A stretch of 63,772 nucleotides of DNA, filler included, from Reclinomonas americana ATCC 50394 (GCA_048213135.1; 6 parts of 5 records of this genome joined end to end with filler, not necessarily neighbours in it); one strand, 5' to 3'. Shown: positions 26,957 through 41,055, counted from the first letter of the whole stretch. Made by a program: numbers and translations. The notes: generated by a model from the sequence alone, not told the origin.

Positions 26957-28278
26957 ATGAGTGCCTCTGGGGCTGCTGGAGGAGGAGGGGGAGGAGGCAG
27001 CAGTGGGACACCACGATCCGCCTTCGCAGCTCCTGTGGGCGTGGTCGGGTGGCTGGCGATCAATGTCGCCAGTGTGGTCGCTCTTGTCTTGCTCAACAAG
27101 CAGGTCTTCCTGTCGGGATTCACCCTTGGTCAGTGTGTGTGTGTGAGAGAGAGAGAGAGTGCGTCTCTTCCCTCTCCTCTCTCTCTCTCACACAGATGCG
27201 TGCACAGTGACGACATTGACATGTTTGCACTCGATTGTTGGAATGCTTCTCCTGGCCGTGTGCTATCTATGTGGAGGCTTCCCATTAAGCAGCATTGTAT
27301 GTGCCTCTGCGAGCCTCTGCGAGCCTCTGCCTCTTGTCTCTCTCTTTTACACAAGCTCATGCACAGCGATGGCAAACGGTACTGACAATGGCGATTGTGC
27401 AATCGAGCTCGATTCTCCTCGGCAACCTCAGTCTCGGGTACAACTCAGTCTCCTTTTACCAGGTCCCACATTCTCGCACCACACATCAGTGCACTTTACA
27501 TAACTCACCACGAGTCGTAGATTGTCAAGGTTCTCGTCACGCCGTGTATTGTTCTCTGCGAGTATGTGTGGCTCGGGAAGCGCTACTCTCGCGAGACACT
27601 CCTCTCACTGGTGGTGCTGTGCACGGGCGGCTTTGTGGCGGCCGCAAGTGACGTGGAGATCAACTTGGTGGGCACGCTGGTTGCGCTGGCCGGGCTGGCG
27701 GTCACCTCGTTTGGCTGGGTGGTTCGCTATCATCGTCGTCCTCCAGCTTGCGCTTCTCGTGCTCACTCGATCGCTCGCAGTCGCTGACCGAGATGCAGCG
27801 CTCGTTGACGTGTCACCCGCTGCAGTCGTTGTGGTACATCTCCTCTGCCATGTCGCTGGTGATGGCCATTGAGGTGCCGCTGGTCGACAATGTGGCCGCG
27901 CTTGCCTCGGTGAACGTGTCTTGGCCGCTGGCAGTTGCGTGCCCCACACTCACTGCCACGATCGTCGCCTCGCTTCGCGTGACACGTGCGCTCTTGCAGG
28001 CTGCCATTTTCGGCTCGTGCCTACTGGCCTTTGTCGTCAACATGTCGGCGTTTGTGGCGTCGAATGTCACCGGCGCACTGACCATGTCGGTGATTGGCTA
28101 CCTGAAGACCGCCTGCATCATGATGTGCGGCCTGGTGTTCTTTGGCGAGCAAACCTCCCCAAAACACATGACGGGAATGATCATCACTCTCGCCGGCCTC
28201 GCCTGGTACACCTACGCCCGCTCGCGATCAACTGACAGCGTCGTAAAACACGACGACAAGGCCGAAAAGGTCGAATAG
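26957..28278 (+). CDS. Nucleotide-sugar transporter, TPT/SLC35E3/plant UXT-URGT type
   Basis: Multi-TM protein with INVASVVALVLLNK, NLSLGYNSVSFYQIVKVLVTP and ALTMSVIGYLKT. Confidence 0.85.
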
Positions 28279-28406
28279 ACATAGACAATAAAGAGACTGT
28301 ATGTGTGTGTAAAAAAGGAGTCAGCCAGAGACAGACATGTTTTAAACAACAATCTTGTGCGCGTGGATGTGAGGGAAAATGCGTGCGAGAGGCGCAGAGG
28401 AGTGGC

Positions 28407-29155
28407 TCATTCGGCAGGCTTGGCCGCGTCGCGTGCGACCTTTTCGCGGAAGTACGCAATGGTGGCCTCGAGGCCATCACGGAGCGATACGCGCGGACCC
28501 TCCCAGCCAATCTTCTCGCGGGCAAGCGAAATGTCGGGCTTGCTGTCGGGGCGAAACGCATGGCGGTGAGTGCGCCACCCAACACGAACACAGACACACG
28601 CACAGATGAACTACAACATACCGGATGCGCGGATCGTCAGACGGCAGTGGCATGGTGACGACCGTGGACGCGGAGCTGGCAAACTCGCGGATCAGGTCGG
28701 CCATCTCGGCGATGGTGTGCTCCTCGGGGTTGCCGACGTTGCAGGGGCCGGGGAAGTCGCTCTCGCACAGCTTGTTCAGACCCTCGAGGAGGTCCGAGTA
28801 GAAGCAGAACGAGCGCGTCTGCGAGCCGTCACCGTACATGGTCAGCGGCTCGCCCTTGATGGCCTGCACGACAAAGTTGGAGATGATGCGGCCGTCTGCG
28901 AAGGAGGAAGTGTGGAAGGTGAGCACTTTCTGTTTTCTCCTCGCCCATGGCTCGTGAGAGATGCACAAACCATTGGGGTCCATGCGCGGGCCGTAGGTGT
29001 TGAAGATGCGAGCGACGCGCACCTCGACGCCACGCGAGCGCATAAAGTCGAACNNNNNNNNNNNNNNNNNNNNCTCTCGCTCTCTCTCTCTCTCTTCTTC
29101 TCTCTTCTCCTCTCTCTCCTTCTCTCTCTCTCTCTTCTCCTCTCTCTCCTTCTCT

Positions 29156-29201
<46 letters not shown>

Positions 29202-29725
29202 GCTCTCTCTCTCTTTCTCGTGCCCCCCTCTCTCTCTCGTGCCCTCCCCCCCTCTCTCTCTTTTGGAGGGAAACTGCTCACCCGTGTCACCGTGGCCGCA
29301 TCCAACGGCTGAATGACATCATAGTTGGCAAAGTGGAAGCGCTCTCCGCCCACACGCTGCGCCTCCTCCAGATTCTCCATGCATCCCGTAAACAGATTGT
29401 CAATGCAGTACACCTCATGTCCCTGTCGCAAAAGCAGATCGCACATGTGCGACCCGAGGAAGCCGGCTCCACCTGCACACAGAGGAAGACAGAAAGAGAG
29501 ATGAGAGTTGAGTGATGCAGAAAAAAGCTCGCATCATTCATCATCATTTGAGAATGCAATGCATGCTTGCGTGTGCATTCACTGCTTGACTGTCTATCAT
29601 CTTCACTCTCGCTCTCTCTTTGCGAGTATGGATTCTCTTGTGCATGTGCGTGCCTTTCTCACACACTTGCTCATCTTGATGCATGCACACACTCGCACAC
29701 ACTCACCAGTCACAAGGCACTTCAT
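28407..29725 (-). CDS. UXS1: UDP-glucuronate decarboxylase (UDP-xylose synthase), soluble type; middle lost in gap
   Basis: [83 protein letters not shown]. Confidence 0.93.
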
Positions 29726-29839
29726 ATCCTCTTCACTCGCTCTCTCACACACACACACACACACTCCTTCTCCTCGCGCACTAAGCCACGATGTGGATAA
29801 CGATGAACGCGAACCGAGGACGAGGACAACAAAACGACT

Positions 29840-32578
29840 TCACTTGCCACTCTGTTGTCGCAGCATGAGCTGCAGCGCAGAGCGTGGCGAATCCGGTGCC
29901 CCTGCTGAGCCTGCAGCAGCAGCAGCAACACCACCAGCGGGTGGAGTAACGGGTGCGGAGGCTGGAGAGGAGTTGGTGGAGGAAGAGTCGCCGCCTCCCA
30001 CGGGCGACGTCGGGGCCGAGCGCGAGGAGATGACGGCGGCGGCATCGGCGGCCGCTGCAGCGGCCGCTGCCTCGGCTTGAGCGCGCTGGCGCATGGCCTC
30101 GAGACGCGCCTTGTTCTTGGCTCGCCTGGTGCAGGAGAGTGAGGACAAAAAGTGGCATACATGCAGGCGAGGAATGGAGAACCTTTCGCGCAGTTCCTCC
30201 TCTTGCTGCTTGACCACGAACTTGCATTCTTCTCGCATCTCTCGCAGGTACGCTCGATTCAATCGTCGAATACGGAACATGGACTGTGTGGACGCTGGTC
30301 AGCGCGATCATTCAACATCTCGGCGTCATGTCCACTCACCTTCAAGAATGCGTGCTGATGATACTCGAGGTGAACGGCACGGTTGAGCCAGTGCATCATC
30401 TCACCCTGAGTGCGCTTCGACAGCAGCGTCTTTTCGTGGTGGCTGAGGAACGCCAGGCCGGCACGGAACAGGATTTTGGTGCCTGTGCCATCGAGTCAGT
30501 ACATCACAGCACACACGCGCGGTGTCGCCTTCTCGCGTGTGCGTACCTTCCGCAAACAGACAGTCCCACACACGCAGCGACGTCTGCACGGGAAACACGT
30601 CCACAAACAGGCGCAGGAACCAGCCCGTGGTGAACATGCTGGTGGAGATATCGAGCGTCCGCAAGTGCTCGTACACGCTCGGTAGTTTGCGCTCGACACA
30701 TCGCTCAAACACCTCTTGCTCCACGCGCAGACCCTGCAGGTTCTTGGAGTAGAACTGCGCCGGCAGAATATCTGTGTGCGGGGCCGACATGGTTGAGGAA
30801 GAAAAAGCCAGTGCGTCCATCGTCGCACTGCACCGTACCTTCAATCATGGTCACCAGCGTCCAAAACGCGTGCTCCTCGGGCATGAAGATGAGCAGCGTG
30901 CCGGTGATGAAATTCAAGCTCTGTGTGTAGCCCAGTGCCGGGTTGCGCCAGCAGAACGCTCGCAGCACACGTCGCAGACTTGTGAGACCGCGCATGGCCA
31001 GCAGCGCATCGTCCGACGAATTCAGTGCACGCTGCCGCTGCCGTGGCGTGGGAATGAGTCCCTGCGCCGAAGGCGATGCACGTGCCGAATTCGTTGCTGG
31101 CGACGACCGGCCGCTGCTGGCCCCCGCAGCAGCTGCAGATACCGATGACATTGTCCCACGTGGAGAGGCACCACTACTCGCCGCCGCCGCTGCTGCGGCT
31201 GCTGCCGGTGACAGGGTGGCTGGCGAGGGAGTCTGCGACTCGCGACCCATTGACGGCGACATTATGCGTACAGGTCGCATCGACGCCGTGTGTACCACGG
31301 CCACCTCGTCCTGGCGCAAAATCGAAGCATTGTACAGCGGATGGTCGGGGAATGTGCGCTCAAGGTCCTGTAGATGCATCGTGAATGGCGAGGAGAAGGA
31401 AAGGTGGAAAGGAGAGTAGCGCACCATGTCGATCTCTTCATCAAAAGGTGCGTCGACGCCGGCGTGTCTCTCCAGCACGGCATCGTAGTAGCCCTCGTTG
31501 TCTTCCATGTGCGTGCGCGCACCACAGATCTCGAACCACACCTGCGCGAGAGTAAGCACCAACCGTGGCCGTCACTGCCATGATTCATCATCCTCCGCGT
31601 ACCTTGCCGCGATAATGATTAGGAATGCCCTTGCGGACAAGTCGCCGAACTTTCTTTTGCTGCTCGTGCAGGTACGCGGCGCTGCAGGATGTTCCCTGCG
31701 GCCCAAACAAGTCGCGCCACCTGCACACAGCGAACGGAACGAGTGAGCAGGCAGCAAGGGTACGCCCACCCAAACACACGCGGAGAGACCGACCTGGGGG
31801 TCGCTCGCTGCAGCTTCTCCCGATAGAACATGGCGCTCTCCTCCTCCAGTGTCGCCACCAGCGCCTCCTCTCGCATGACCTCCTCATCGACCTCCTCGTA
31901 CTCCAACGAGTCGTCGTCGCCATCCATCAACGCAGCAACAGCCGCCGCCGCCGCTGATGCAGCAGCCGCTGATGGAGGAGGCGGAGGAATAGAAGTCGCT
32001 TCCCCACCCGCCGCAGTCTCCTCGTCGCTGTCATCATCCTCCTCAGAATCATCATCATCATCATTACCATCGTCGTCGCCATCCTCCTCATCCTCCTCAT
32101 CGTAATCGCTGTCCTCCTCGCCATCACTATCTCCTCCTCGCCTTCTCCTCCTCCTTCTCCGCTTCTTCTTCTTCTCCAACTGCTGCTGCTGTTGCTGCTG
32201 CTGTTGCTGTTGTTGTTGCAACTCGCGCTCCCTCTCCACCTGCTGCTGTATCTGCAACTGCCGCTGCTGTCGTCGCATTGCTGCCACCTGATGCTCATGC
32301 CAGCGCGACCGGGCAAACACGCGCGGAAATCCACACATGGGATCCACCCACAGACGCTCGCGATCCTCCTGTGTCACCCCGAGCATGCTGGGCGTCCACA
32401 GCACCTCGCGCTGACTGCTGCTCACTGGCATCTCACTCTCCACTTGTTGTTGTTGTTGTTGTTGTTGCTGTTGTTGGTGGTGTTGCTTCTCTTGTGAGAG
32501 CACCACAGCACCGAGCATGCCTGCGCCCACACCAGCAGCGGCCACCACTGCCGAGGAGCCAAACCCGGCGCGACTCAT
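29840..32578 (-). CDS. TBC-domain RabGAP (GRTP1/TBC1D2-like) with long low-complexity N-terminus
   Basis: VRRLVRKGIPNHYRGKVWFEICGA, DLERTFPDHP, GYTQSLNF, GWFLRLFVDVFP, LRVWDCLFAEG. Confidence 0.88.
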
Positions 32579-32672
32579 GTGCGCGCGTGTGTGTGTTTGT
32601 CTGCGAGGCAATACTCGCGCGTTCGCCCTCTTGTCTCGTGATTGTCTCTCTCTTCTTCGCGCACACACACGC

Positions 32673-34391
32673 ATGAGTGGCGCACCCTTCAGCGATGAGC
32701 AGATGGCCACTGTGCGCCTGCTCAACTACATCTTCTGCACGATCTCCATTGTCGGGTTCCGTCACTCCCCTTCCCCTCTCCACACATCACACATCACTCA
32801 CTCTCCCCCGACGCACACAGGTCACTGTTCATCATTGCCTGCTTCCTGGCCTACTCGAACCTGCGGGAACACTTCTCTGTGCGACTTGTGGTGTTCCTGA
32901 GCATTGCGGATCTGTTTAGCTACGCCAGCACGTACTTGGGATCGCCGACTGAGGCCGGCGATGTGCTGTGTCAGCTGCAGGGCTTCTCGTTGGATGTGTT
33001 TCAGTTGTCGTCGGTGCTGTGGACGTCGTGCATTGCAGTGGCGCTATTCACGGGCATGATGTGGCCGCGGGAGACCTATGTGCGCCGCGAACCGGTTTGT
33101 ATGACGATCGACACGCAGGAAAGAGTGAGGAACAAAGGCCCACCACTCGTGCGTCGATGCAGGTGTTCCACTTTGTCTCGTGGGGCATTCCGCTGATCTT
33201 TGGCATTGTCGGCCTGTCGATGGGGCTGTATGGGCCGACGTCGGGAGCGTGGTGCTGGATTCAGGAGAAGAAGCTGCGCATCACCAACTTTTATGTGCCG
33301 CTGTGGATCTGCATGGCGTTCAACTTTACGCTGTACGCCATCATGTTTCGCACTATGCGAGCGGTGATTATGAGCGCCGAGACGTCGTCGGCACGCTACA
33401 AGCGCAATCAGCGACTCATGATTCAGCGTCTCTTCCTGTACCCTGTGCGTCCTCCTTCTCCACCTCTTGCGTGTCGCCGGCCCCTGTGCTCATCGTTTGT
33501 CTTGCACAGCTCATCATGCTGGTGGTGTGGCTTGTGCCGTCCATCAACCGCGTGGTCACGCTGTTCACCGACGAGCTGATCTATGGCCTGTACTGCGCGC
33601 ACGTGGTGTTCTCGCGGCTGCAGGTGCGCTGCAGTCTCTCAACACACACACACATTCGAGACTCACACCCGCGTTTGTGCTCGCAGGGCTTGCTGAATGC
33701 GCTCGTGTACGGTCTGAATGGAGTGGTACTGAAGAACCTGCGCGGCACCTTCCGTCGCTGCTGCCACGGCAAGCAGGCAGCACGTCGCCCGGCTCCAGCC
33801 GCACCGGGTGGCGTCTTGTCGATCAATTCTTCCGAGGGCGACGATGTTGCAGAGATGGACTCGGAGGCGGATTTCGAGGCGCTGGCCGGTGGCGATATCG
33901 ATGGCGCGTCAACGGGTGGTGACGTGCGCATGAAGGACATGAGCGAGGCGGCTGTTGGTCGCATTCGTGGCGCCCCACTGTACAAGTCGGAGTGGGAGGG
34001 CGATGTGTCGGACGACGATGAGAAGGCAGGTGGAGAGAAGGATGGTGCCGCTGCTGCCGCTCCACGGGGTACGCCGTCGCCGGCCAGCTCACAGTCCAGT
34101 GGCATTGCCGCCGCCGCAAGGCTGCCGCACACGAGTCGCGGGTATTCGGCACGGTCCTACGATCACCGCACACATCGACCGAGTGCTGGCCCTGCTGCTG
34201 CTGCAGCCGCCGCCACCGTTGCCGCAGCGGCCGCCGCTGGCGACGAGGGTGGAGGTGGTGGAGGGCCCGCGGAAATGTCGGACTCGTTCATGTTGCGTCA
34301 AATGGCCGAGGCTGCGTCGTTCAGCAGACCACTACCGCTGCCACCAGCCGGACCAGGTCCAGCCCGCGGCGCACCTCATGCTCCCAGATGA
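32673..34391 (+). CDS. 7-TM GPCR, cAMP-receptor-like/GCR1 family
   Basis: RLVVFLSIADL, LCQLQGF, SSVLWTSCIA, GAWCWI, FYVPLW, RLFLYP, QGLLNALVYG, followed by a long cytoplasmic tail. Confidence 0.88.
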
Positions 34392-34433
34392 CGACCACTA
34401 ATGATTAAAAAGAACAATCCTTTGGTAGATGCT

Positions 34434-35238
34434 TTACCACCATCGCTTGGGATATGCACGGTGCGGACACGAGTTGTGCAGCAGCACGGCCAGCACCACC
34501 AACAGCGTGGCCGAGGTCCCCACCGGCGCCACAGGGTACAACCAGCCACTGTCGCCTGCAGCGCCCAACGAGGCCAGCAGTGCCGTGGCCACGGCCGGCG
34601 GGTGCACTGTGGAGGTCATCATCTGCACGGCCACCGCCAGTGCCACGCCCGTCGGCGCCGCCAACACTGGCGCAATCGGCAGCACCGTCGCCGCCACAAA
34701 AACGCCCACCAGGGCCGACAACATCTGTCCGCCAATCACACTCCGCGGCTGCGCAAATGGCGACTCGGGCAGGCCGTACACCAGTGCCGCCGAGGCGCCA
34801 ATTGATCCGACCAGCGCCACCGACGGCATGTCCAACTGGAAATGCATGACTGACAGAGTGCCGACCGCCAGGAAGCTTGCTGTTTGTTGGGTTTTCCGCA
34901 CAGGATGTGTGGGCACAGGGCGAGCATGGTCCCTCGTCTCACCTCACTCAGGACTCACCTGCGGCGGGCCCGGCAATCTGCTTCCAGGAGAGTGGAGGAG
35001 CGGGTGGTGGCGCGGGAGTTGGTGCGCGTGACGTGGCAAGAGCCTTGTTGGTCACTCGTGAGAGCCAGGAGGATGCTACTGCTGGAGGTGGTGCTGCTGA
35101 GGGAGAAGGAGAAGATGCGGAAGATGCGGAAGATGATGACGATGAGGAGGAAGAGGAGGAAGAGAAGAGGGTTCTGCACAGCCTCCAAGGCCAATGTGGT
35201 GATGGAGGGAGAGCGAGCGTGCGGCGAAGGATCTGCAT
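34434..35238 (-). CDS. HPP-family membrane protein with probable N-terminal transit peptide
   Basis: GSIGASAALVYGLPESPFAQPRSVIGG and TVHPPAVATAL. Ser-rich N-terminus MQILRRTLA. Confidence 0.85.
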
Positions 35239-35298
35239 GTTTCTCTCTCTCTCTCTCTGCGGTGGGACGAACATACGGAAACATCATTGCATTTTTAC

Positions 35299-37048
35299 TT
35301 AGTCCGGTGGGTGAGGGCTTGGTGGGTACACGAACGCGGCGTCGAGGTCCTCCACGATGCCGAGTCGAGATCGCGGACGTCTGTTTACAAAGAGTGAGAC
35401 AAGCTGCGATCAGCCGCATGCTCACAATGAGCGATCGCAACTCGGGTTCCGGTGGCCGACTCGGCTCAACCTCCGGCAGGCCACTGGCACGCCGGGCAGC
35501 TCGCTGCTTGGCATGCTCCTGTTCCACAAGCAACATGGACTCGGCGGCTTCGTAGTCGAGACCGGCAGCAAACTCCTCCTTCAGCGCCGACAGACTCTCC
35601 GCACGATCAAAGAGAAACTGCGACACTGAGTCAGGCCTCTCTCCCTTCATCCCTCTCCCTCTCCCTCTCTGCTTCGATGGATCGTACCTGCGAGGTGAGC
35701 AAACCGTACGAGTCGTGCGCCACATCGTAGTCCGCCACGGCATCAGTGTGTCGGCCCATCAGCGCATACAACGATCCACGCGTGTGGAACACCTCGCCGT
35801 GCGGAACCACCGTCAGGTGATCGAACAGCGCCCCATCGTACAGATCGAGCAGCGCATTCAGTGTGCCGAGGCACTTGTCCAGCTGTTGCACTTTGAGGTA
35901 GACGAGTGCCAACAGGTACACCGTGTTGCCGGCGTCGATCCACTCGGCCTTGGAGAGAGTCAGCGGTGCGCCTTCGACGCGCGCACGCTGCTGTGCAATC
36001 GAGACGGGATAGGAGGGAGCGCGTTGCGGCCGAGGTGGCGACGGCGACGGCTGCTCCTGCGGATCCAGCTCACGAAATCTAGCATCCTCACGGCTGAAGA
36101 TTTGCGGTGGCGATCCGGGTCGTTGCGCTCCAGTCGGGAGCGTCACATACGTCTGCCCCGGCACGTATTCAGGGACAACAACACGACAAGGACATCAACA
36201 CAACCCTACAGACCGGCAGGTTCGGCGACGCTGGTTGCTTCTGCGCGGGAGCGAGGCCAGAGCGTTGGGGCGAGCCGGGAGACGTGGGCGACGGTGCCTT
36301 CTCCTCCAGCATGTGCGGCGGCACATACGGCTCCCGATCGTCCGAGATGAACTCCAGCAAGTACGTGTTGAGATCGTCAATGGCCAGCGCAAACTCCTGT
36401 CGCTGGAGGCGAAAGATGGCGCGCTGGTTGCACCACCCATTGAGCACGCGCACTCGCAGAGAGAACAAGTGACATGCTGCGAACCTGTCGCCACACTTCT
36501 CGTCGTTCCGGGTGCAACAACACAGCGCAATCAAAGTCCATGGCCGCTCGCTGACTGTCTCCCTACACAACGATGCTCAGTGAATGGGACTGGCTCTTCT
36601 GCAGGTGCAGGAGAGAGACAGAAGGTCTCTCACCAATCGCTCCAACGCACAACCGCGGGTCAGCAGCGCATGCACATTGTCTTCTTCCGACTCCAGGGCC
36701 TTGGAGGCCGATCCCACTGCTCGTTCGTGCTGGCCTGCGTACGCACAGAGAGAAGGAGGAAGAGTGCAAAGAGAGAGAAGAGAGCGAGAGCGCAATCAAT
36801 GGCCAATGATCGTCCGATGCTGTATCATCCACTCCCTCCCTCTTTCTCTCTCACCCATGCGATGAAACACAATGGCGCGGTTGGTGAGGGCAGAGACATC
36901 ACTGGGGTTGCGCTGCAGGTGCTCGTTGTAGAAGCGGAGAGAGATCTCCAGTTGACCCTGCCGCAACGCTGATGGTGTTCCCGGGTGTGTGAGAGAAAGG
37001 TGTGAGTGGTGAGAGAGACATGCTGTATGTCAGTACACGTGCGTACCA
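35299..37048 (-). CDS. TPR-repeat protein
   Basis: ALTNRAIVFHRM, ALLTRGCALERL, VFHTRGSLYALMGRHTDAVADY. A donor at 35441 gives a last exon ending SPHPPD*. Confidence 0.75.
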
Positions 37049-37217
37049 TTGTCGGCCAGTCGTACCTCCATCGGTGCGACTCTTTCTGGTGATGCGATGT
37101 CATGCATGACGATGACATGAACGACGTTCGTGTTTCATTCCCATTCACGACGTTGGCTGTCTGGAAGTGAAAGCACCGGCGACGCAGAGGTGCGTGTGTT
37201 GTATATGCGTGTGTGTC

Positions 37218-40200
37218 TTAGAAGAGCGACAGCGACTTCTTCTTCTCGTCACGTCTCCACTTTGGCAGCTTTGCAAAGTCGGCACGACTCGAGCCAAAGA
37301 GACGGTCAAAGTCGGCATCCTGTGCAAAAGAGAAAAGTGAGCAGGGGCCAGGAGAAGTGGAGTGAACGCCATGCGCCTCACCGACAAGTACAGCTCGCGG
37401 CACGAAGGATCGACACCAGCCGGAGTCTCAGCGCCGGCTTTCAGCAGCTCGTACGCAATCGGACCAGTCTGGGCCGGGGTCTGCAGTGGCGCGCAAAGTG
37501 ATGAGCGTTGCACACAGGAAGAGAGATGACAAGGTGCAACAGTCGATGGACCTTGAATCCACCACCGGGGGCCGCAGCCGGGGATGCCGGCGCTGCAGCA
37601 GACGGGAAGCTGCCAGAGGCCGCGGCGGCAGCGACAGCCGGAGACGCAGGCGCATGCTTCAGCTGCACTGCCGGAGAGGCGGGTGCTGGTGCTGCCGCTG
37701 CAGCGGGCTTTGGCGGCGGAGCGTGCAACTGCACTGACGGAGCCGCACTGCTGCTGCTTCCGCTGCCGCTGCCACTGCCACTGCCCGAGGAGCTGGCGGC
37801 CTTGGCGGCGAACGGATCGACCCATTGCTGCAGAGTTTTTGTTGGTGAGAAGGAAGACAACATGGCCGAGCAAGAAGCTGCAGTGAGCCAAGAAATGAAC
37901 GAACCGGGCGGTCGTACTTCCAGTCCAGGAAGTTGGAGGTGAACGGCACAGTCTCGTGACCGGCGTGCACAGTGACCGTCGTCACTGAGCGAGAGCAAAA
38001 GTGAGTCGACAGTAAAACAGCCAAGAGCTTGACCCTACTATCCCAATCACAGACCTCGCTCACGGCCGCTGAGAGCCAGGTACTTCTCCACAGTCTCGTT
38101 TGCGGCCTTGATCTCGGCAGCGTTGCTGGTGGAACCGATCCACACAAAGACCGTGTTCCACGCATCGAGCAGCATCACATCGTCGTCGGCAAGGTCGTCC
38201 TGCGTGAAGTTCGGGATCTCCTCCGCCTGGCTCACAGCATGAGAACGACATTGGCGTGTGTGCCGTGTGTTAGTGTGTGCATTCACGCGCACAGACCTTC
38301 ATGGCGCCGTACTTGTTCGTGATGTGGAAGAGGCGCGGCTCGTGCTCACCCTCCACCGACTTGCCCGTCGGGTACTCGGCATGTCCGCCGAGAATCGCCC
38401 AGAACTCCTCCGACTCAGCACCCTCCGCCACATGCACCACCGAGCGGCCGGCAGCCAGACGGCTGGCCACCGCCTCGCCAGCTCGCTGCTCGGTCGTCGA
38501 GGTCAGCAGGCCGTTCCAGATGTACATGGTGCCGGGCACTTGCACGAGGAAGGTGTCGCCAGAGTTCAGGTTGCTGGCACGCTGCGAGGTGTGTACTGTC
38601 TCAGATCAGAAACAAGCACGCACAACATACACACGCGCACAAGAGCAAGGAGACGCAACAGCTGTGATCTGGTGGACGCGAGTGGCGTCGGCATCGTTGC
38701 CGCGAATGCGGAACAGCGCAATGCCGTTGGGGTCGTACTGCTCGCCGGCCAACTCGGCACCGTTGCTGAAGCCCGACGGCGAGCCGCCCTGCAGCACCAC
38801 GAACTGGCCGTGGAAAATGCGGATAAAGTGGCGCGGCTCCTTGCCTTGTGTCACGCGGACCTGCGTAGCGTGTCCGCCCATGGAGTTGTCGAGCTCCACC
38901 GTCAGTGCAGCCGCAGCGCCTTGCTCGTCCTTTGTGTGGGAGAGTCAGCATGAAGGAGGGCGCGAGATGCGAGAGTGCAGAGGCAGGCTACCTTGGAGCT
39001 GTACTGGCCCAGCCAGTAGTAAATGACAGTCTCCTCACGGTTGCGGACGCGGTAGCGGTACACGACAATGTACGAGTCGCCTGCACGACAGAATGAGGAG
39101 AAGCACTACCAGAAAACACCATTTCAAGCACATACCCGAGTAGAAGGTGCCGTACTCGGACTTGGGCAGCGGCTGCTTGGCGAAGCGCTCAATGCGGAAC
39201 ACCTGCTTGCATCGCCATGAGCACGAGGACAAGAATAAGACAAGGCTGTGCGTAGAAAAACAAACCTCGACATTGCCAGCGCCGTCGTCAAAGTCCTTGG
39301 CAGCGTACTCGGACTGCGCAGTGCCGGCGAGCAGGGCATCGACCTGTGCATGCACACGATCATCAGCATCCTCGTTCCCCTTCAAATGCACTCCGATTCA
39401 TCCCGGATACACACCTGGATCTGAGCCTCCTCACGCGACGCCGCGGCAGTGGCGCGAATGTCGGCCGGTGCCACGACGCGGAACTTCCACGACGGGAACT
39501 TGGCGCGGAAGCGCTCCTCCTCGTGGCCGCTCTGCTGGCGGGTGATGGCCGTCCACGTGGGGCGACCCTGCGAGTTCAGGAAGTTCTGCACGCCCACAAG
39601 AGACACTGGTGAGTCGCAAGCAAACAAACGATGCTTGACTGCAACATAGTGATGGTCATGAAACGACACAAACCGTGGCCATAGTCATGCTGTTGCGCTT
39701 CTCCTCCGCCGACGCACCCTTGCCGACCCACACAAAGATCTCCGAGCCAGCATCGAGCACAAACGCATCGTTGTCTGCTGGACAACACACCGCGATGAGA
39801 GATGTGGCAAACACACTTGCACACACACGCATGCGCCCACCGTCCAGCGACTGCTGCGTAAAGTTCGGGATCTCGACCAGCGCCGCGACATTGCCCTCGG
39901 GCACACTGGCGACAACAAATCAGCCACAGTGCGCACATCCGAGGCCAACACCGCCACTCACCGGTACAGCTTGGCGGTCTGCGCACGCTCATGAGCCTGA
40001 TCGTCGCCACCAGCCGCCGCCGGCTTCACATCACGCGGGCTGCCGCCCAGCACATGCCAAAACTCCGAGTCGCTGTCGCCCTCGCCCACAATGATAATCT
40101 CGGCCTTGCCGTGGCGCTCCTCATTGCGAATGTACTCGGCGCTCTGCGTGACCTTGATGCGCTCCTTGCGGTTGGCCTCGGCGCCGACCCACACAAACAG

Positions 40201-40957
40201 GCGCTCGCCCGCATCGAGAATGAACGCATCGCCGTGGTTCAACGAGCCCGCGCCCAGCTGCACCTGCGTGAGACGCGGAGCCGCCGCGCCCTTGACCTGG
40301 AACAGTCGCGGCTGGTACGCCTTGGGATCGACGTGACGGAAGCCCGACTCGAAGCCACCCTGCTCGTAGCGCACACCCGCGGGCTTGAAGAGACCCAGGA
40401 AGGCCGCCGACTCGTGGTTTTGCACCTATGCACATGGATGCTCTCCTCAGTACACCTCTCTCTCTCTCTCTCTTGTCACAGTGTGTGTGTGCAAGAGACT
40501 GACCTCGCGGTGTTGCGTGGGAGAGCCTCCCAGGGACTCGTCCAACTCGCAGGCCTTGATGGCTGCAGTGCCGGCCTCATCTTGCGAGGTGTCCGCGCCC
40601 AGCCAGAAGTAGATGTGCCAGTCGCGGCGACTGCCCACCAGGCGTGTCTGTACACAAGAAAGAACGAGTGTACGTGTGTGTAACACGTGTGTGTTTCTCC
40701 GACATGAGCCATGTCTCACGCATATGAGAGACAAGTCGCAAACCTGCAACACAATGTAGCTGTCGCCGGCGAAGAAGTGACCGTGGTCTTCGCGTGGGAC
40801 GCGCTCCGCTGCAAAGTTGTGGATGCGCCACACCTGTGTTATTGAAAGAAGAGAGACAGACAGGCAGCAATGAGCATATGCAAGGAGAGTGTGAGGCAAG
40901 GGAAGGATAACGTGCCTCGAGGCCCTCGCGCTGTCCGGCACCACTGAACTCAGCCAT
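37218..40957 (-). CDS. Villin (six gelsolin domains, Ala/Pro linker, headpiece)
   Basis: VWRIHNF..HGHFFAGDSYIVL, IYFWLGADTSQDEAGTAA, PRLFQVKG, LNHGDAFILD, FTQDDLADDDVMLLD, and C-terminal KLPKWRRDEKKKSLSLF*. Confidence 0.95.
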
Positions 40958-41055
40958 GTGAACGCGTGTAAAGAGAAAGTTAAGTGATAAAACGATAATG
41001 AGGACAAAGCTTTGTCACAGTTCATTTCCCCACCACCCTTGCTTATCCCCCCATT

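Noticed and set aside
34955-35743. TPR ORF overlapping the HPP gene
   Set aside because: Using the GTTGCG donor at 35441 gives a stop at 35299-35301, upstream of the HPP start.
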